43,470 nt of DNA, taken from Candidatus Aminicenantales bacterium (GTDB taxonomy: Bacteria > Acidobacteriota > Aminicenantia > Aminicenantales > Saccharicenantaceae). The position numbers and the translations under genes were made by a program. Each line of letters opens with the position of its first letter. Positions within the stretch are counted from its first letter, which is position 1. The DNA is taken from the NCBI GenBank assembly GCA_049512315.1, contig JBEKXF010000001.1:201340-244809 (forward strand), in the 5' to 3' direction. Below, one piece after another: positions 8,996 to 19,083 of the stretch. The notes beneath the pieces were generated by a model. It had not been told where the DNA came from and searched no databases. It saw only the letters and a list, made by a program, of their open reading frames with translations.

Positions 8996-9174
8996 TTTGT
9001 CCAGGCCCGGGCCGGCCGGACCCGCCATACGTAATTTAAGGGAAACCGCAGCCGAAATCAAGGACGGCGCGGCCCTCGGTGGCGGACCCCCGCCGCCGCG
9101 GACTCTCGAATTTTCGTGAAATTTCCGCCGAGCTGTGATAAATTAATATTTCTCAATCCGGCTGGAGGGCCACG

Positions 9175-10305
9175 ATGGATTTTCCGCTCTATTTCCGGTC
9201 CAGGCAGGGGGAGATGGTCCATCTCCTGAAACAGCTCACGTCCCTGGAGTCCCCGACGGACGACAAGAAGGCGGTCGACGCCTGCTCGGCCTTCGCGGCC
9301 GGGCAATTCCGCAAGCTCGGCTGCAAGGTTGCGACCCTTCCCCAAAAGGACATCGGCGACCTCACCACGATCGAATACTCGCCCGGCCGGGTCAAGGATG
9401 CCGACGACGAGATCCTGGTCCTGACCCACATCGACACGGTCTGGCCGGTGGGGAAGATCGCCAGGATGCCCTTCTACATCTCCGGGAACAAGCTTTTCGG
9501 CCCGGGCGTCCTGGACATGAAATCCGGCCTGGTCATGCTCGTTTTCGCCCTGGCCACCATGAGGAGCCTGAGCCTCAGGCCGCGCAAGCGGATCAACATC
9601 TTCATCAACTCCGCGGAAGAGACCGGCCACGGCGCCGCCCACGAGGTCATCCGCCGGATGGCCAAGCGGGCCTCCCTTGTCCTCTGCCTCGAACCCGCCC
9701 TTCCGGGGGGAGCCCTGAAGCTCGAGCGGAAGGGCCGGCTCGTCCTCAGGCTGGACGTCCGCGGCCGGGCGGCCCACGGCGGGACTCCGGAAAAAGGGGT
9801 CAATGCCATCGAGGAGCTCGCGACGCAGCTCCAGCGGCTGAAAAAATTGAGGACCGGCGAAACGACCGTCAATATCGGACAGGCCGGCGGCGGGGAAAAG
9901 GCCAACGTCGTCGCCGAAAGCGCCTGGGCCGTCCTGGACATCCGCTTCTGGAAAGCCTTGGACCGGGAGAGGGTCATGAGGACCGTCAGGGAGATGAAGC
10001 CCGCCCTCCGGGGGGCCCATCTCAAGTTCTCGGTCGAGAGCACGACGCCGCCCATGGAAAAAACTAAGGCCTCGGCCCGTCTCTTCGGCGAAGCCGGCGA
10101 GATCGCCGCCTCGATCGGCCTGTCCCTGAAGGGAGGGAAGACGGGCGGCGGCTCAGACGCTTCGATCGCCGCCGGCCTGGGGATCCCGACCCTTGACGGG
10201 CTGGGGCCCGACGGCGACGGGATTCATGCCGGGCACGAGCATATTCTCCTCGCCTCGCTCGTCGAGCGCACGGCCCTCCTGACCAGGCTTTTGACGGACC
10301 TGTGA
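9175..10305 (+). CDS. M20 family metallopeptidase (glutamate carboxypeptidase-like)
   Basis: HIDTV, GPGVLDMKSG, EETG, LEP, AAHGG, GGGSD, IHAGHE motifs. Confidence 0.9.
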   Translation: MDFPLYFRSRQGEMVHLLKQLTSLESPTDDKKAVDACSAFAAGQFRKLGCKVATLPQKDIGDLTTIEYSPGRVKDADDEILVLTHIDTVWPVGKIARMPFYISGNKLFGPGVLDMKSGLVMLVFALATMRSLSLRPRKRINIFINSAEETGHGAAHEVIRRMAKRASLVLCLEPALPGGALKLERKGRLVLRLDVRGRAAHGGTPEKGVNAIEELATQLQRLKKLRTGETTVNIGQAGGGEKANVVAESAWAVLDIRFWKALDRERVMRTVREMKPALRGAHLKFSVESTTPPMEKTKASARLFGEAGEIAASIGLSLKGGKTGGGSDASIAAGLGIPTLDGLGPDGDGIHAGHEHILLASLVERTALLTRLLTDL

Positions 10306-10420
10306 TTGATCCGATGACGGATATTCTGTTAAGTTATAACCTTCGGGGTTTTATGATGCCATCCGCGCTGGCGGCATGTCCTTTTTTCTGGATATCCGCA
10401 TCCCATTCCAAGGAGGAATC

Positions 10421-11566
10421 ATGATCAAGAAATACTATCTTCTCTCGCCCGGACCGACTCCCGTGCCGGAGACTGTCCTCTCCGTCGCGGCCGAGCCGAT
10501 CATCCATCACCGGACGCCCGAGTTCTCCAAGATCTTCATGGAGACGACCGAGGGCCTCAAGTACGTCTTCGAGACCAAGGAGGACGTCTATATCCTGACG
10601 TCCTCGGGCACGGGGGCCATGGAGGCCGCCGTGGCCAACCTCCTGTCCCCCGGCGACAAGGCCCTGACCATCAACGCTGGCAAGTTCGGCGAGCGTTGGG
10701 GGAATATCTGCAAGGCCTACGGCATCGCCCACAAGGAGATCATCGTCGAGTGGGGCAAGGACTACACCAAGGAGGAGCTCGAGGCCGCAATCAAGGCCAC
10801 CCCTGGCGTCAAGGCGGTCTTCTGCCAGCTGTCCGAGACCTCCACGGGGGCCATCTTCGATGTCCGGGGCTTCGGCGAGGTCGTCTCCCGGACCGAAGCC
10901 GCCCTCGTCGTCGACGGCATCTCTGGGACGGGTGCGACGCCCTGCCCGATGGACGAGTGGAAGGTCGACGTCATGGTTTCCGGGTCCCAGAAGTCCTTCA
11001 TGATCCCGCCCGGACTGGCGTACATCGCCGTCGGCCCTAAGGCCTGGAAGCTCGTTGAAACGGCCAAGTGCCCCAAGTTCTATTTCGACCTCAAGAAAGC
11101 CCGCAAGAACCTGGCCGACAAGACGACCCCCTGGACCCCGGCCATCTCGCTCGTCATCCAGCAGAAAAAGGCCCTCGACATCATCCGGGGCATGGGTCTC
11201 GAAATGCTCTACGAGCATCACCGGATCCTGGGCGATGCCACCCGGGCCGGGGTCAAGGCCCTCGGGCTGGAGCTCCTGGCCCAGAAGCCGGGCAACATCC
11301 TGACCGCCGTCAAGACCCCCGCGGGAATCGAGGGCGGCAAGATCGTCAAGACGATGCAGTCCAAGTATATGGCCTACATCGCCGGGGCCCAGGACCCGCA
11401 AAAAGGCAAGTTCTTCCGCATCGCCCACCTCGGCTACATGGGCGGGTTCGACATCATCACGGCCCTGTCCGCATTGGAGATGACGCTGGCGGAGCTCGGC
11501 TACAAATTCGAGGCCGGGAGCGGCGTCAAGGCCGCCCAGGCCGTCCTCAAGGAGAGATGGCAATGA
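10421..11566 (+). CDS. Class V PLP aminotransferase (serine-pyruvate/alanine-glyoxylate family; probable phosphoserine aminotransferase)
   Basis: PGPT, HHRT, SSGTGAMEAA, ETSTG, VDGIS, SGSQK (PLP Lys), RIAHLG; SD AGGAGG before ATG 10421. Confidence 0.9.
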   Translation: MIKKYYLLSPGPTPVPETVLSVAAEPIIHHRTPEFSKIFMETTEGLKYVFETKEDVYILTSSGTGAMEAAVANLLSPGDKALTINAGKFGERWGNICKAYGIAHKEIIVEWGKDYTKEELEAAIKATPGVKAVFCQLSETSTGAIFDVRGFGEVVSRTEAALVVDGISGTGATPCPMDEWKVDVMVSGSQKSFMIPPGLAYIAVGPKAWKLVETAKCPKFYFDLKKARKNLADKTTPWTPAISLVIQQKKALDIIRGMGLEMLYEHHRILGDATRAGVKALGLELLAQKPGNILTAVKTPAGIEGGKIVKTMQSKYMAYIAGAQDPQKGKFFRIAHLGYMGGFDIITALSALEMTLAELGYKFEAGSGVKAAQAVLKERWQ

Positions 11567-12462
11567 CGAAGATTCTGGTCGCCGATTCCATGGACAAAGA
11601 GGCCCTCGACGCGATGAGGGCCATTCCCGGCTTTGATGTCACCGTGAAAACGGGCCTGGGCGAGGCCGATCTCGTCCAGCTCGTGCCTGGATTCCAGGCG
11701 ATCGTCGTCCGGAGCGCGACGAAGGTGACGCGGCCCGTCATCGAGGCCGGCAAAGACCTCAAGCTCCTCGTCCGGGCCGGCATCGGCCTCGACAATATCG
11801 ACGGCGCCGCGGCCAAGGAGAAAGGGATCGCCGTGGCCAACACGCCGGCTGCGACGTCGATCTCCGTGGCCGAGCACACCTTCGGGCTCATGCTCGGGGT
11901 CGTCCGCAACCACGGCAAGGCCGTCCTTTCCATGAAGCAGCACAAGTGGGACAAAAAAAGCCTGGAGGGGACGGAGCTCTTCGGCAAGACGCTCGGGATC
12001 ATCGGCTGCGGCCGGATCGGGATCGAGGTCGCCCGGCGGGCCATCGCCTTCGGGATGAAGGTCGTGGCCTACGACGTCATCCCGATCAAGACCGACCTGG
12101 CGGTCAAACAGGTCCCGCTCGACGAGCTTCTGGCGGCGGCCGACCTCATCACCGTCCACGTGCCCAAGCAGCCCAAGCCGATCCTTGGAGAAGCCGAGTT
12201 CAAGAAGATGAAGGACGGCGTCATCATCATCAACGTGGCCCGGGGCGGCGTCGTCGATGAGAAGGCCCTGCTCAACGGCCTCAATTCGGGCAAGGTCCGG
12301 GCCGCAGCCCTGGACGTCTACGACAAGGAGCCTCCTGAGGACTTTTCGCTGGTCGACCACCCGAACGTGACCCCTATCCCCCATCTCGGGGCGTCGTCCA
12401 TCGAAGGCCAGAGGAGGGCCGGGCTGGAGGTCGTCAGGATCCTTAAGGAAAAACTCGGCTAG
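11563..12462 (+). CDS. serA: D-3-phosphoglycerate dehydrogenase-like 2-hydroxyacid dehydrogenase (short form, no ACT domain)
   Basis: VRSATKV, RAGIGLDNID, GIIGCGRIG, NVARGG, ALDVYDKEP, PHLGASS; ATGA overlap with the upstream gene. Confidence 0.8.
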   Translation: MTKILVADSMDKEALDAMRAIPGFDVTVKTGLGEADLVQLVPGFQAIVVRSATKVTRPVIEAGKDLKLLVRAGIGLDNIDGAAAKEKGIAVANTPAATSISVAEHTFGLMLGVVRNHGKAVLSMKQHKWDKKSLEGTELFGKTLGIIGCGRIGIEVARRAIAFGMKVVAYDVIPIKTDLAVKQVPLDELLAAADLITVHVPKQPKPILGEAEFKKMKDGVIIINVARGGVVDEKALLNGLNSGKVRAAALDVYDKEPPEDFSLVDHPNVTPIPHLGASSIEGQRRAGLEVVRILKEKLG

Positions 12463-12716
12463 CGGCTCCGTCCTCGTTTCCTATATGAGGTTGCGGACTC
12501 GGGGGGAGGCCCTCCGGCAGGGAGCGGATTCGGAGGAGCGGCTGGCAGAGGTGTGGCGGAGCGGCTCGGAGCCGCATTTCTCCAGGGATTATCCCTACTT
12601 TTCCATCCGTGCCCGCGTCGCGCTCAATGTTTTCTCCGGGACATCCTCCTGCGTCCGCTGATCGACATAAAAGACGATCTGCAAGCAATGAGCCATACGG
12701 GAGCTCAGGCCGTTCT

Positions 12717-12744
12717 TTTACAGAAGGCCAAGTTCTGCTAAAAT
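12717..12744 (+). promoter_or_regulatory. Putative promoter for iscS, positioned for a leaderless transcript
   Basis: TTTACA-N16-TAAAAT with extended TG; 6 nt between the -10 box and the ATG; no SD. Confidence 0.5.
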
Positions 12745-12750
12745 AGGTTT

Positions 12751-13905
12751 ATGATTTATCTCGACCACAACGCCACGACTCCGGTCGACCCGGCCGTCGC
12801 CGATAAAATGTATTGGTTCCTGAAGGAGTATTTCGGGAACCCGTCCTCCCTCTATCCCATCGGCCGAAAAGTCAGGGAGATCCTGAACGAAGCCAGGGAG
12901 CGGGTCGCGGGGGCCCTCGGCGCCGGGCGTGGGGAGATCTTTTTCACGGGCTCCGGCACCGAGGCCGACAACTTCGCCGTCTTCGGGATTCTGAACGCCC
13001 TCCCGGAGCGCAACGAGCTCATCGTCTCGGCGATCGAGCATCCGGCCGTCCTGGAATCCGCCAGGTACCTGGAAAAGAAGGACGTCAGGGTCACATATCT
13101 TCCCGTGGATTCTTACGGGACGGTGGATTTGGACGCCCTGCGCGATGCCCTGACCCCCCGGACGGCCCTCGTTTCGGTCATGCACGCCAGCAACGAGATC
13201 GGGACGATCCAACCCATCGAGAGGATTGCGGAGATCGCCCACGAAAAGGGCGTCCCGGTCCACACCGACGCGGTCCAGACCTTCGGCAAGATCGACGTCG
13301 ACGTCCGGAAGCTGAGCGTCGACCTTCTCACGGTCTCGGCCCACAAGGTCTACGGCCCGAAGGGCGTCGGCGCTCTCTATATAAGGAAAGGGACGAACAT
13401 TGACCCTTACCTGCACGGCGGGCACCAGGAACGGCGCCTGAGGGCCGGGACGGAGAACACGGCCGGGATCGTGGGTTTCGGCGAGGCCGTTCGGGTCCTC
13501 GAGGACAGGGGAAGAAGGGACAGGCCTCGCATCGAAAGGCTGGCCGAAGCCCTCAAGAAGGGCGTCGAGGAGAAAATCCCCCGGATCCGTTTCAACGGAC
13601 ACCCCACGAACCGCGTCAGGAGCACGCTCAACTTCGCTTTTCCCGGCCTCGAGGCCGAGGCCATTCTCCTCTCGCTGGCCACCAAGGAGATCTATGTCTC
13701 GACCGGGTCGGCCTGCAGCGAGGAGTCCGAAGAGGTCTCCCACGTCCTCACGGCCATAGGCCTGCGGCCTGAGATCGCCCGGTCGTCGATCCGGATGTCC
13801 CTCGGCCGTTTGAACAGCGATGAAGACGTGGCTACGGTGCTCCGGGAGCTCCCCGAGATCATCGAAAAATTGAGGAAGATCACGGCTTTCAATCCGGAGG
13901 ACTGA
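12751..13905 (+). CDS. iscS: Cysteine desulfurase IscS/NifS
   Basis: YLDHNATT, GNPSS, EHPAV, HTDAVQ, SAHKVYGPKG, RAGTEN, STGSACS. Confidence 0.93.
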   Translation: MIYLDHNATTPVDPAVADKMYWFLKEYFGNPSSLYPIGRKVREILNEARERVAGALGAGRGEIFFTGSGTEADNFAVFGILNALPERNELIVSAIEHPAVLESARYLEKKDVRVTYLPVDSYGTVDLDALRDALTPRTALVSVMHASNEIGTIQPIERIAEIAHEKGVPVHTDAVQTFGKIDVDVRKLSVDLLTVSAHKVYGPKGVGALYIRKGTNIDPYLHGGHQERRLRAGTENTAGIVGFGEAVRVLEDRGRRDRPRIERLAEALKKGVEEKIPRIRFNGHPTNRVRSTLNFAFPGLEAEAILLSLATKEIYVSTGSACSEESEEVSHVLTAIGLRPEIARSSIRMSLGRLNSDEDVATVLRELPEIIEKLRKITAFNPED

Positions 13906-14005
13906 GCCCCGGCCCTCTCCCTTCCTTCGCCCGGCGCGGACCCTCATGCCCCCAAGTCATCGATGGCATCAGGGTCTTGCTGCCCCTCCCGGGGATGCCG
14001 AAGCG

Positions 14006-14548
14006 TCATCCTGCTAAACCCCTGAGCTGGGTGAGATACGTTCTCCGGACATCGAGGAAAAAGCGCTTGCAGCCGTCTCGTCTCATGTCCGGATAGGTCC
14101 ATTCCAGGAATCTCGCGTCCGTCTTCGTGAAGAGGAGCTCGAGGTGGGCGTAGATTCCGAGGGCGAGGGGGATCCGGTGGGAGAAATCTTTGGCCGTAGC
14201 CATGATCAGGGCCGAGGCCGTGAGATAGCCGGGATCGATGTTGACCGCCCGGAGCCCTTTGCCTGCCTCGTCCCGGAACATGTCCTCGAAGCCGGTGGTC
14301 TCGATCTTGATCGCGGCCAGCTTCTCCGGGATGGTCAGCTTGGCGAAGCTCATAAAACGCCGTCTCAGCCCGGGGCCCATCTCTTTTTCGTAATAGTCCG
14401 TGAAGTCGAAATCGAAGGCCGGGCTCTCGAGGTCATCCGGCCCGAAGGCCTCGACGAGAAGCGTCTTCGCGCGGCCATAGATCGATTCGTCCCCGTAGAT
14501 GACTCCGCAGACGAGCTTGACCGGCGCAAAAGACTTCGGCAGGGCCAT
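14006..14548 (-). CDS. DUF4416 family protein
   Basis: FDFTDYYEKEMG, VNIDPGY, ATAKDFSHRI, WTYPD motifs. Confidence 0.85.
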   Translation of the reverse strand: MALPKSFAPVKLVCGVIYGDESIYGRAKTLLVEAFGPDDLESPAFDFDFTDYYEKEMGPGLRRRFMSFAKLTIPEKLAAIKIETTGFEDMFRDEAGKGLRAVNIDPGYLTASALIMATAKDFSHRIPLALGIYAHLELLFTKTDARFLEWTYPDMRRDGCKRFFLDVRRTYLTQLRGLAG

Positions 14549-14651
14549 ATCTTCCCTTCGTAGATCTTATAGCACATCCCTGACCGCACAGGAAGCCACA
14601 ACTCCCCTCGAGCCCGCGACCTCCAGGTCTGGGGGCGGGAATGGATCGAAA

Positions 14652-14680
14652 TTGATTAAATAGCCGTATTCTCTTATAAT
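14652..14680 (+). promoter_or_regulatory. Putative sigma70 promoter for asnS (very short or no leader)
   Basis: TTGATT-N17-TATAAT; 9 nt to the ATG; no SD. Confidence 0.55.
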
Positions 14681-14689
14681 TGGCGCATT

Positions 14690-15982
14690 ATGAAATGGGT
14701 CTACGTCGAAGACATCGCCCGGTACGATGGCCAGGACGTCGAGGTGCGGGGCTGGGTCTACCACAAGCGCTCCTCGGGGAAGGTCCGCTTCCTCCTCGTT
14801 CGTGACGGCACCGGCATCATCCAGTCCACGGTCTTCAGTGCCGAGAAAGACCATCCCCTATTCCGCAAATTCGACGAGCTGACCCAGGAATCCTCAGTCA
14901 TCATCCGGGGTCGGGTCCGGGAAGACCAGCGGGCGCCCGGAGGATTCGAGCTCGGCCTTTCGGACATCGAGGTCGTCCAGGTCGCCCGGGACTATCCCAT
15001 CACGCCCAAGGAGCACAGCACACCCTTCCTCATGGAGCACCGCCACCTCTGGCTCCGCTCCGAAAAGCAGCACGCCATTCTGAGGGTCCGGTCCGAGGTC
15101 ATCAAGGCTATCCGCGATTTCTTTGACGACCGCGGGTTCCGGGTGATGGACACCCCGATCCTCACCCCCAGCGCCTGCGAGGGGACGACAACGCTCTTCG
15201 AGACCGAGTACTTCGACCAGAAAGCTTACCTCAGCCAGAGCGGCCAGCTCTACAACGAGGCGACGGCCATGGCCTTCGGGAAGGTTTATTGCTTCGGGCC
15301 GACCTTCCGGGCCGAGAAGTCCAAGACGAGGCGCCATCTCATCGAATTCTGGATGGTTGAGCCCGAGGTCGCTTTCGCCACTCTCGCCGATACCATCGAG
15401 CTCGGCGAAGACCTCGTCCTCTTCATCATCGAGCGCGTCCTGACGAAACGGAAGCAGGAATTCGAGGTCCTCGAGCGCGACACGAAGCCGCTCGAAACGA
15501 TCCGGAAGCCCTTCCCGCGTCTGACCTATGACCAGGCCGTCCCCATCCTCCGGGAAAAGGGCTCGACCATCGAATGGGGCGGCGATTTCGGCGCGCCCGA
15601 GGAGACCATCATCTCCGAGATCTACGATTCGCCGGTCTGCGTCACGCATTTTCCGGCGGCCATCAAGGCCTTCTACATGCAGCCGGCCCCGGACAGGCCG
15701 GACGTCGTTCTCGGCGTGGATTTTCTGGCCTCGGAAGGCTACGGCGAGATCATCGGCGGAGGGCAGCGCATTCACGATCTCGCCCTCCTCGAGCAGCGGC
15801 TCAAGGAGCACAACCTGCCCCGGGAGGCCTATGAGTGGTACCTGGACCTGAGGAGATACGGCTCCGTCCCCCATTCCGGGTTCGGGATGGGACTCGAACG
15901 GACGGTGTCCTGGCTCTGCAAGACCAAACACATCCGCGAGACCATCCCCTTCCCCCGCCTCCTCTACCGGATCTACCCGTGA
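14690..15982 (+). CDS. asnS: Asparagine--tRNA ligase
   Basis: OB fold (VRGWV, RDGTG), [51 protein letters not shown]. Confidence 0.96.
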   Translation: MKWVYVEDIARYDGQDVEVRGWVYHKRSSGKVRFLLVRDGTGIIQSTVFSAEKDHPLFRKFDELTQESSVIIRGRVREDQRAPGGFELGLSDIEVVQVARDYPITPKEHSTPFLMEHRHLWLRSEKQHAILRVRSEVIKAIRDFFDDRGFRVMDTPILTPSACEGTTTLFETEYFDQKAYLSQSGQLYNEATAMAFGKVYCFGPTFRAEKSKTRRHLIEFWMVEPEVAFATLADTIELGEDLVLFIIERVLTKRKQEFEVLERDTKPLETIRKPFPRLTYDQAVPILREKGSTIEWGGDFGAPEETIISEIYDSPVCVTHFPAAIKAFYMQPAPDRPDVVLGVDFLASEGYGEIIGGGQRIHDLALLEQRLKEHNLPREAYEWYLDLRRYGSVPHSGFGMGLERTVSWLCKTKHIRETIPFPRLLYRIYP

Positions 15983-16019
15983 CCGCCGCGCCGCCGAAGG
16001 ACCGGCTTCTCCTCTTCCC

Positions 16020-17345
16020 ATGAAAAAGGTCGCCCTCATCAGCCTCGGCTGCGCCAAGAACCTGGTGGACAGCGAGGTCATGCTGGGCGTCCTCAAAAGA
16101 TCGGGCTACTCATTCGTCAACCGCCCCGGGTCGGCGGATATCATCGTCGTCAACACCTGCGGCTTCATCAGGCCGGCCCGCGACGAGGCCGAGGAGGCCC
16201 TCGAGAACGCTCTCCGTCTCAAGCGGAAGGACCCGAGGAAAAGGATCGTGGCGGCCGGGTGCTACGTCGAAAGGGACGAAGCCCGCCTCCGCCGGCGCTT
16301 CCCGGACGTCGACGCCTGGATGGGCGTCCGGAGCTTCGACCGGATCACGGAGGTGCTTGAGGGATGCCCGGGTCCGCGCCCTGACCGGACATTCCTCTAT
16401 TCCGACACGTCCCCGCGCGTCGTCACCACGCCCGGGACGTGGGCCTATGTCAAAGTCTCGGAAGGCTGTTCCCACCGTTGCGGGTTCTGCTCCATCCCCC
16501 TGATCAAGGGCCCCTATGTCTCCCGGAGCATGGCCTCCATCCTCCGGGAGGTCCGGGCCCTGGCCGGTCTCGGCGTCAAGGAGATCGACCTCGTCTCGCA
16601 CGACACGACCTTCTACGGCCGGGACCGCGGGACCCGGAACGGGCTAGTGAAGCTCCTCGAGCGCCTCATCCGGGTGGACGGGATCGAGTGGGTCCGCTTC
16701 CTCTATGGCTATCCCGAAGAGGTCACGGATGCCCTGCTCGACATCATGAACGAAAAAAAGGTCTGCCGGTACCTGGACATCCCCTTCCAGCACTCCGATC
16801 CGGCGCTGGTCAAGGCCATGAAAAGGGGCCTGGACGGGGGGAGGGCCCTTCGCCTTTTGGCGAAGATCCGGGCCCGGGTCCCGGGCGTCGCGGTCAGGAC
16901 GTCCCTCATCGTCGGGTTTCCCGGCGAAGGGCGGAAGGAGTTCCGCTCCCTCGAACGGTTCGTCGAAGAAGCCCGGTTCGACCATCTCGGCGTGTTCACG
17001 TATTCTCCGGAGAAAGGGACGGACTCGGACCGTCTTCCCGAAACAGCCGGCCCCGAAGAGAAAGAAAAGCGGCGGGCCGAGATTATGTCCCTCCAGGCGG
17101 AGATGTCCTTGGAGAGGAACAGGGCGTACGTCGGCAAGGTCTTGGACGTTCTGGTCGAGGGCCCGGCCGGGCCGCGCCGTCGCGTCCTAGCCGCCAGGGC
17201 GCGCTTCCAGGCTCCTGAGGTCGACGGCCGGGTCCTCGTCTCCCTCCCCCGCCGCGGTTTCGGGACCTCGGCCCCGGCCCCCATCGTCAAGGCAAAGATT
17301 CGGTCGGCCGGGCCCTACGATCTCGAAGGAAGGCTCGTTTCATGA
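16020..17345 (+). CDS. rimO: Ribosomal protein S12 methylthiotransferase
   Basis: SLGCAKNLVDSE, NTCGFI, CSHRCGFC radical-SAM motif, QAPEVDG. Confidence 0.95.
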   Translation: MKKVALISLGCAKNLVDSEVMLGVLKRSGYSFVNRPGSADIIVVNTCGFIRPARDEAEEALENALRLKRKDPRKRIVAAGCYVERDEARLRRRFPDVDAWMGVRSFDRITEVLEGCPGPRPDRTFLYSDTSPRVVTTPGTWAYVKVSEGCSHRCGFCSIPLIKGPYVSRSMASILREVRALAGLGVKEIDLVSHDTTFYGRDRGTRNGLVKLLERLIRVDGIEWVRFLYGYPEEVTDALLDIMNEKKVCRYLDIPFQHSDPALVKAMKRGLDGGRALRLLAKIRARVPGVAVRTSLIVGFPGEGRKEFRSLERFVEEARFDHLGVFTYSPEKGTDSDRLPETAGPEEKEKRRAEIMSLQAEMSLERNRAYVGKVLDVLVEGPAGPRRRVLAARARFQAPEVDGRVLVSLPRRGFGTSAPAPIVKAKIRSAGPYDLEGRLVS

Positions 17346-17791
17346 AAATTCTCAGCAGAATCCTGTCGACATTCTTCGGCATCGGGTTCTTTCCCAAGGC
17401 GCCCGGAACGGCCGCGAGCGCGGCGGCCGTCATCATTTATAGGTTGGCCGTCCACGGTCTTCCTTGGCCCTGGTATCTTCTTTTCCTTTCGGCCCTCTTT
17501 GTCGTCGGGCACGCGGTTTCTACGGCTTCTGCCGCCGAGCTCGGCCAGGATGACCCGCAGCGGATCGTCATCGACGAGGCCTTCGGGCAGTTCCTGGCCC
17601 TCTTCCTCGTTCCTTCGCGATGGCTGCCAATCGTCCTGGCGTTTGTTTTTTTTCGCTTTTTTGATATCATCAAGCCCGGTCCGATCCGGAGGCTAGAGAA
17701 GTTCCCGGGGGGCTGGGGGATCATGGCCGATGACGCCGGAGCGGGGCTCGCCGCAGGAGTTCTCGTCCATCTTCTCCTGATCTGGATCTGA
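17342..17791 (+). CDS. pgpA: Phosphatidylglycerophosphatase A
   Basis: PKAPGT, DPQRIVIDE, FRFFDIIKP, GIMADD. Confidence 0.93.
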   Translation: MKILSRILSTFFGIGFFPKAPGTAASAAAVIIYRLAVHGLPWPWYLLFLSALFVVGHAVSTASAAELGQDDPQRIVIDEAFGQFLALFLVPSRWLPIVLAFVFFRFFDIIKPGPIRRLEKFPGGWGIMADDAGAGLAAGVLVHLLLIWI

Positions 17792-17805
17792 GGTCATTCG
17801 GGGCC

Positions 17806-19083
17806 ATGAGAACCGAGATCATCGCCGTCGGTAGCGAGCTCCTGACCCCTTTTTTCCAGGACACGAACTCCCTTTTTTTGACCGAGCGCCTGAACGACCT
17901 CGGCTTGGGCGTGTCGTTCAAGACCCTGGTCGGTGACAACGATAGCGACCTTCGGCAGGCCATCAGGACGGCGCTCGGCCGGTCGACCCTCATCATCGCC
18001 ATGGGCGGCCTGGGCCCGACCGAGGACGACCGGACTCGCGAAGCCTTTGCCCGAGCCCTCGGCCGGAAGCTCGTCTTTAACGCCCGGATCCTGGCCGGGA
18101 TCAGGCAGCGCTTCAAGCGCCGCGGCCTTCGTATGTCCGCGACAAACCGCAAGCAGAGTTACGTGATCGAAGGCGCGGAGGTTCTGGAGAACCCGAACGG
18201 GACGGCGCCCGGCCTCTGGATCGAAACACCGGCCCGCCGGATCGCCCTTTTGCCGGGCCCTCCCCACGAGCTCAAGCCCATGTTCGACCATCACGTCCTG
18301 CCCCGGCTGAGGTCCTTCGTGAAAGGCAGCACCATACGCCGGACCATGAGGCTGACGGGGATCGGTGAATCCCTGATGGAGAGCCGGATCAAAGACGTTT
18401 ATGGCGGGCTGCCTCCCGGCGTCACGGTCACGACGCTGGCGAGCCCGGGCGATCTGGCCATCCACCTCGTCTATCAGGGGAATGCCCCGGCTTCAGTGGC
18501 AGCCCCTCTTCTGGACACCCTCCAGAAGAGGATCGCCTCCCGGCTCGGGCCATGGATCTATTCCACGGATGGGGGGAGCCTCGAGTCCGTCGTCGGGACG
18601 CTGTTGAAAGGAAAAGGGCTGACCTTGGCCTGCGCGGAATCGTGCACGGGAGGGCTCCTCGCCCACCGCCTGACCAACACCCCGGGGAGCTCGACCTACT
18701 TCCTGGAGTCCGCCGTCGTCTACGCAAACCGGGCGAAGGTCCGACGGCTGGGAGTGCCCCGGTCCCTGATCGAGGAACACGGGGCCGTCAGCGTCCAGGT
18801 GGCCAGAGCCATGGCCGGCGGCATCAGGCGGACGGCCGCCTCCGATTACGGCTTGGCGATCACGGGCATCGCCGGGCCCGACGGGGGGACGGCGCACAAA
18901 CCCGTCGGCCTCGTCTATGTCGCCCTGGCCCGGGCCGCCGGAGTGAGCGTCGAGAAGAACATCTTTTGGGGCGGGCGCGAGCAGGTCAAGTTCCAGTCGT
19001 CTCAAAAAGCCCTGGACATCCTGAGAAAAGACCTTATCAAAATCCCCCCAAAAAAATACAATAGGGCCGGAAGTGCCCGATGA
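17806..19083 (+). CDS. cinA: Competence/damage-inducible protein CinA (MoCF-like domain plus PncC NMN deamidase)
   Basis: VGSELL, DTNS, GGLGPTEDD, GTAPG, LPGPPHE, AESCTGG, TGIAGPDGG. Confidence 0.94.
   Translation: MRTEIIAVGSELLTPFFQDTNSLFLTERLNDLGLGVSFKTLVGDNDSDLRQAIRTALGRSTLIIAMGGLGPTEDDRTREAFARALGRKLVFNARILAGIRQRFKRRGLRMSATNRKQSYVIEGAEVLENPNGTAPGLWIETPARRIALLPGPPHELKPMFDHHVLPRLRSFVKGSTIRRTMRLTGIGESLMESRIKDVYGGLPPGVTVTTLASPGDLAIHLVYQGNAPASVAAPLLDTLQKRIASRLGPWIYSTDGGSLESVVGTLLKGKGLTLACAESCTGGLLAHRLTNTPGSSTYFLESAVVYANRAKVRRLGVPRSLIEEHGAVSVQVARAMAGGIRRTAASDYGLAITGIAGPDGGTAHKPVGLVYVALARAAGVSVEKNIFWGGREQVKFQSSQKALDILRKDLIKIPPKKYNRAGSAR

Noticed and set aside
11068..11562. 165-aa N-terminal extension on the serA ORF
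   Set aside because: It overlaps the aminotransferase in another frame. The real start is the ATGA-coupled ATG at 11563.
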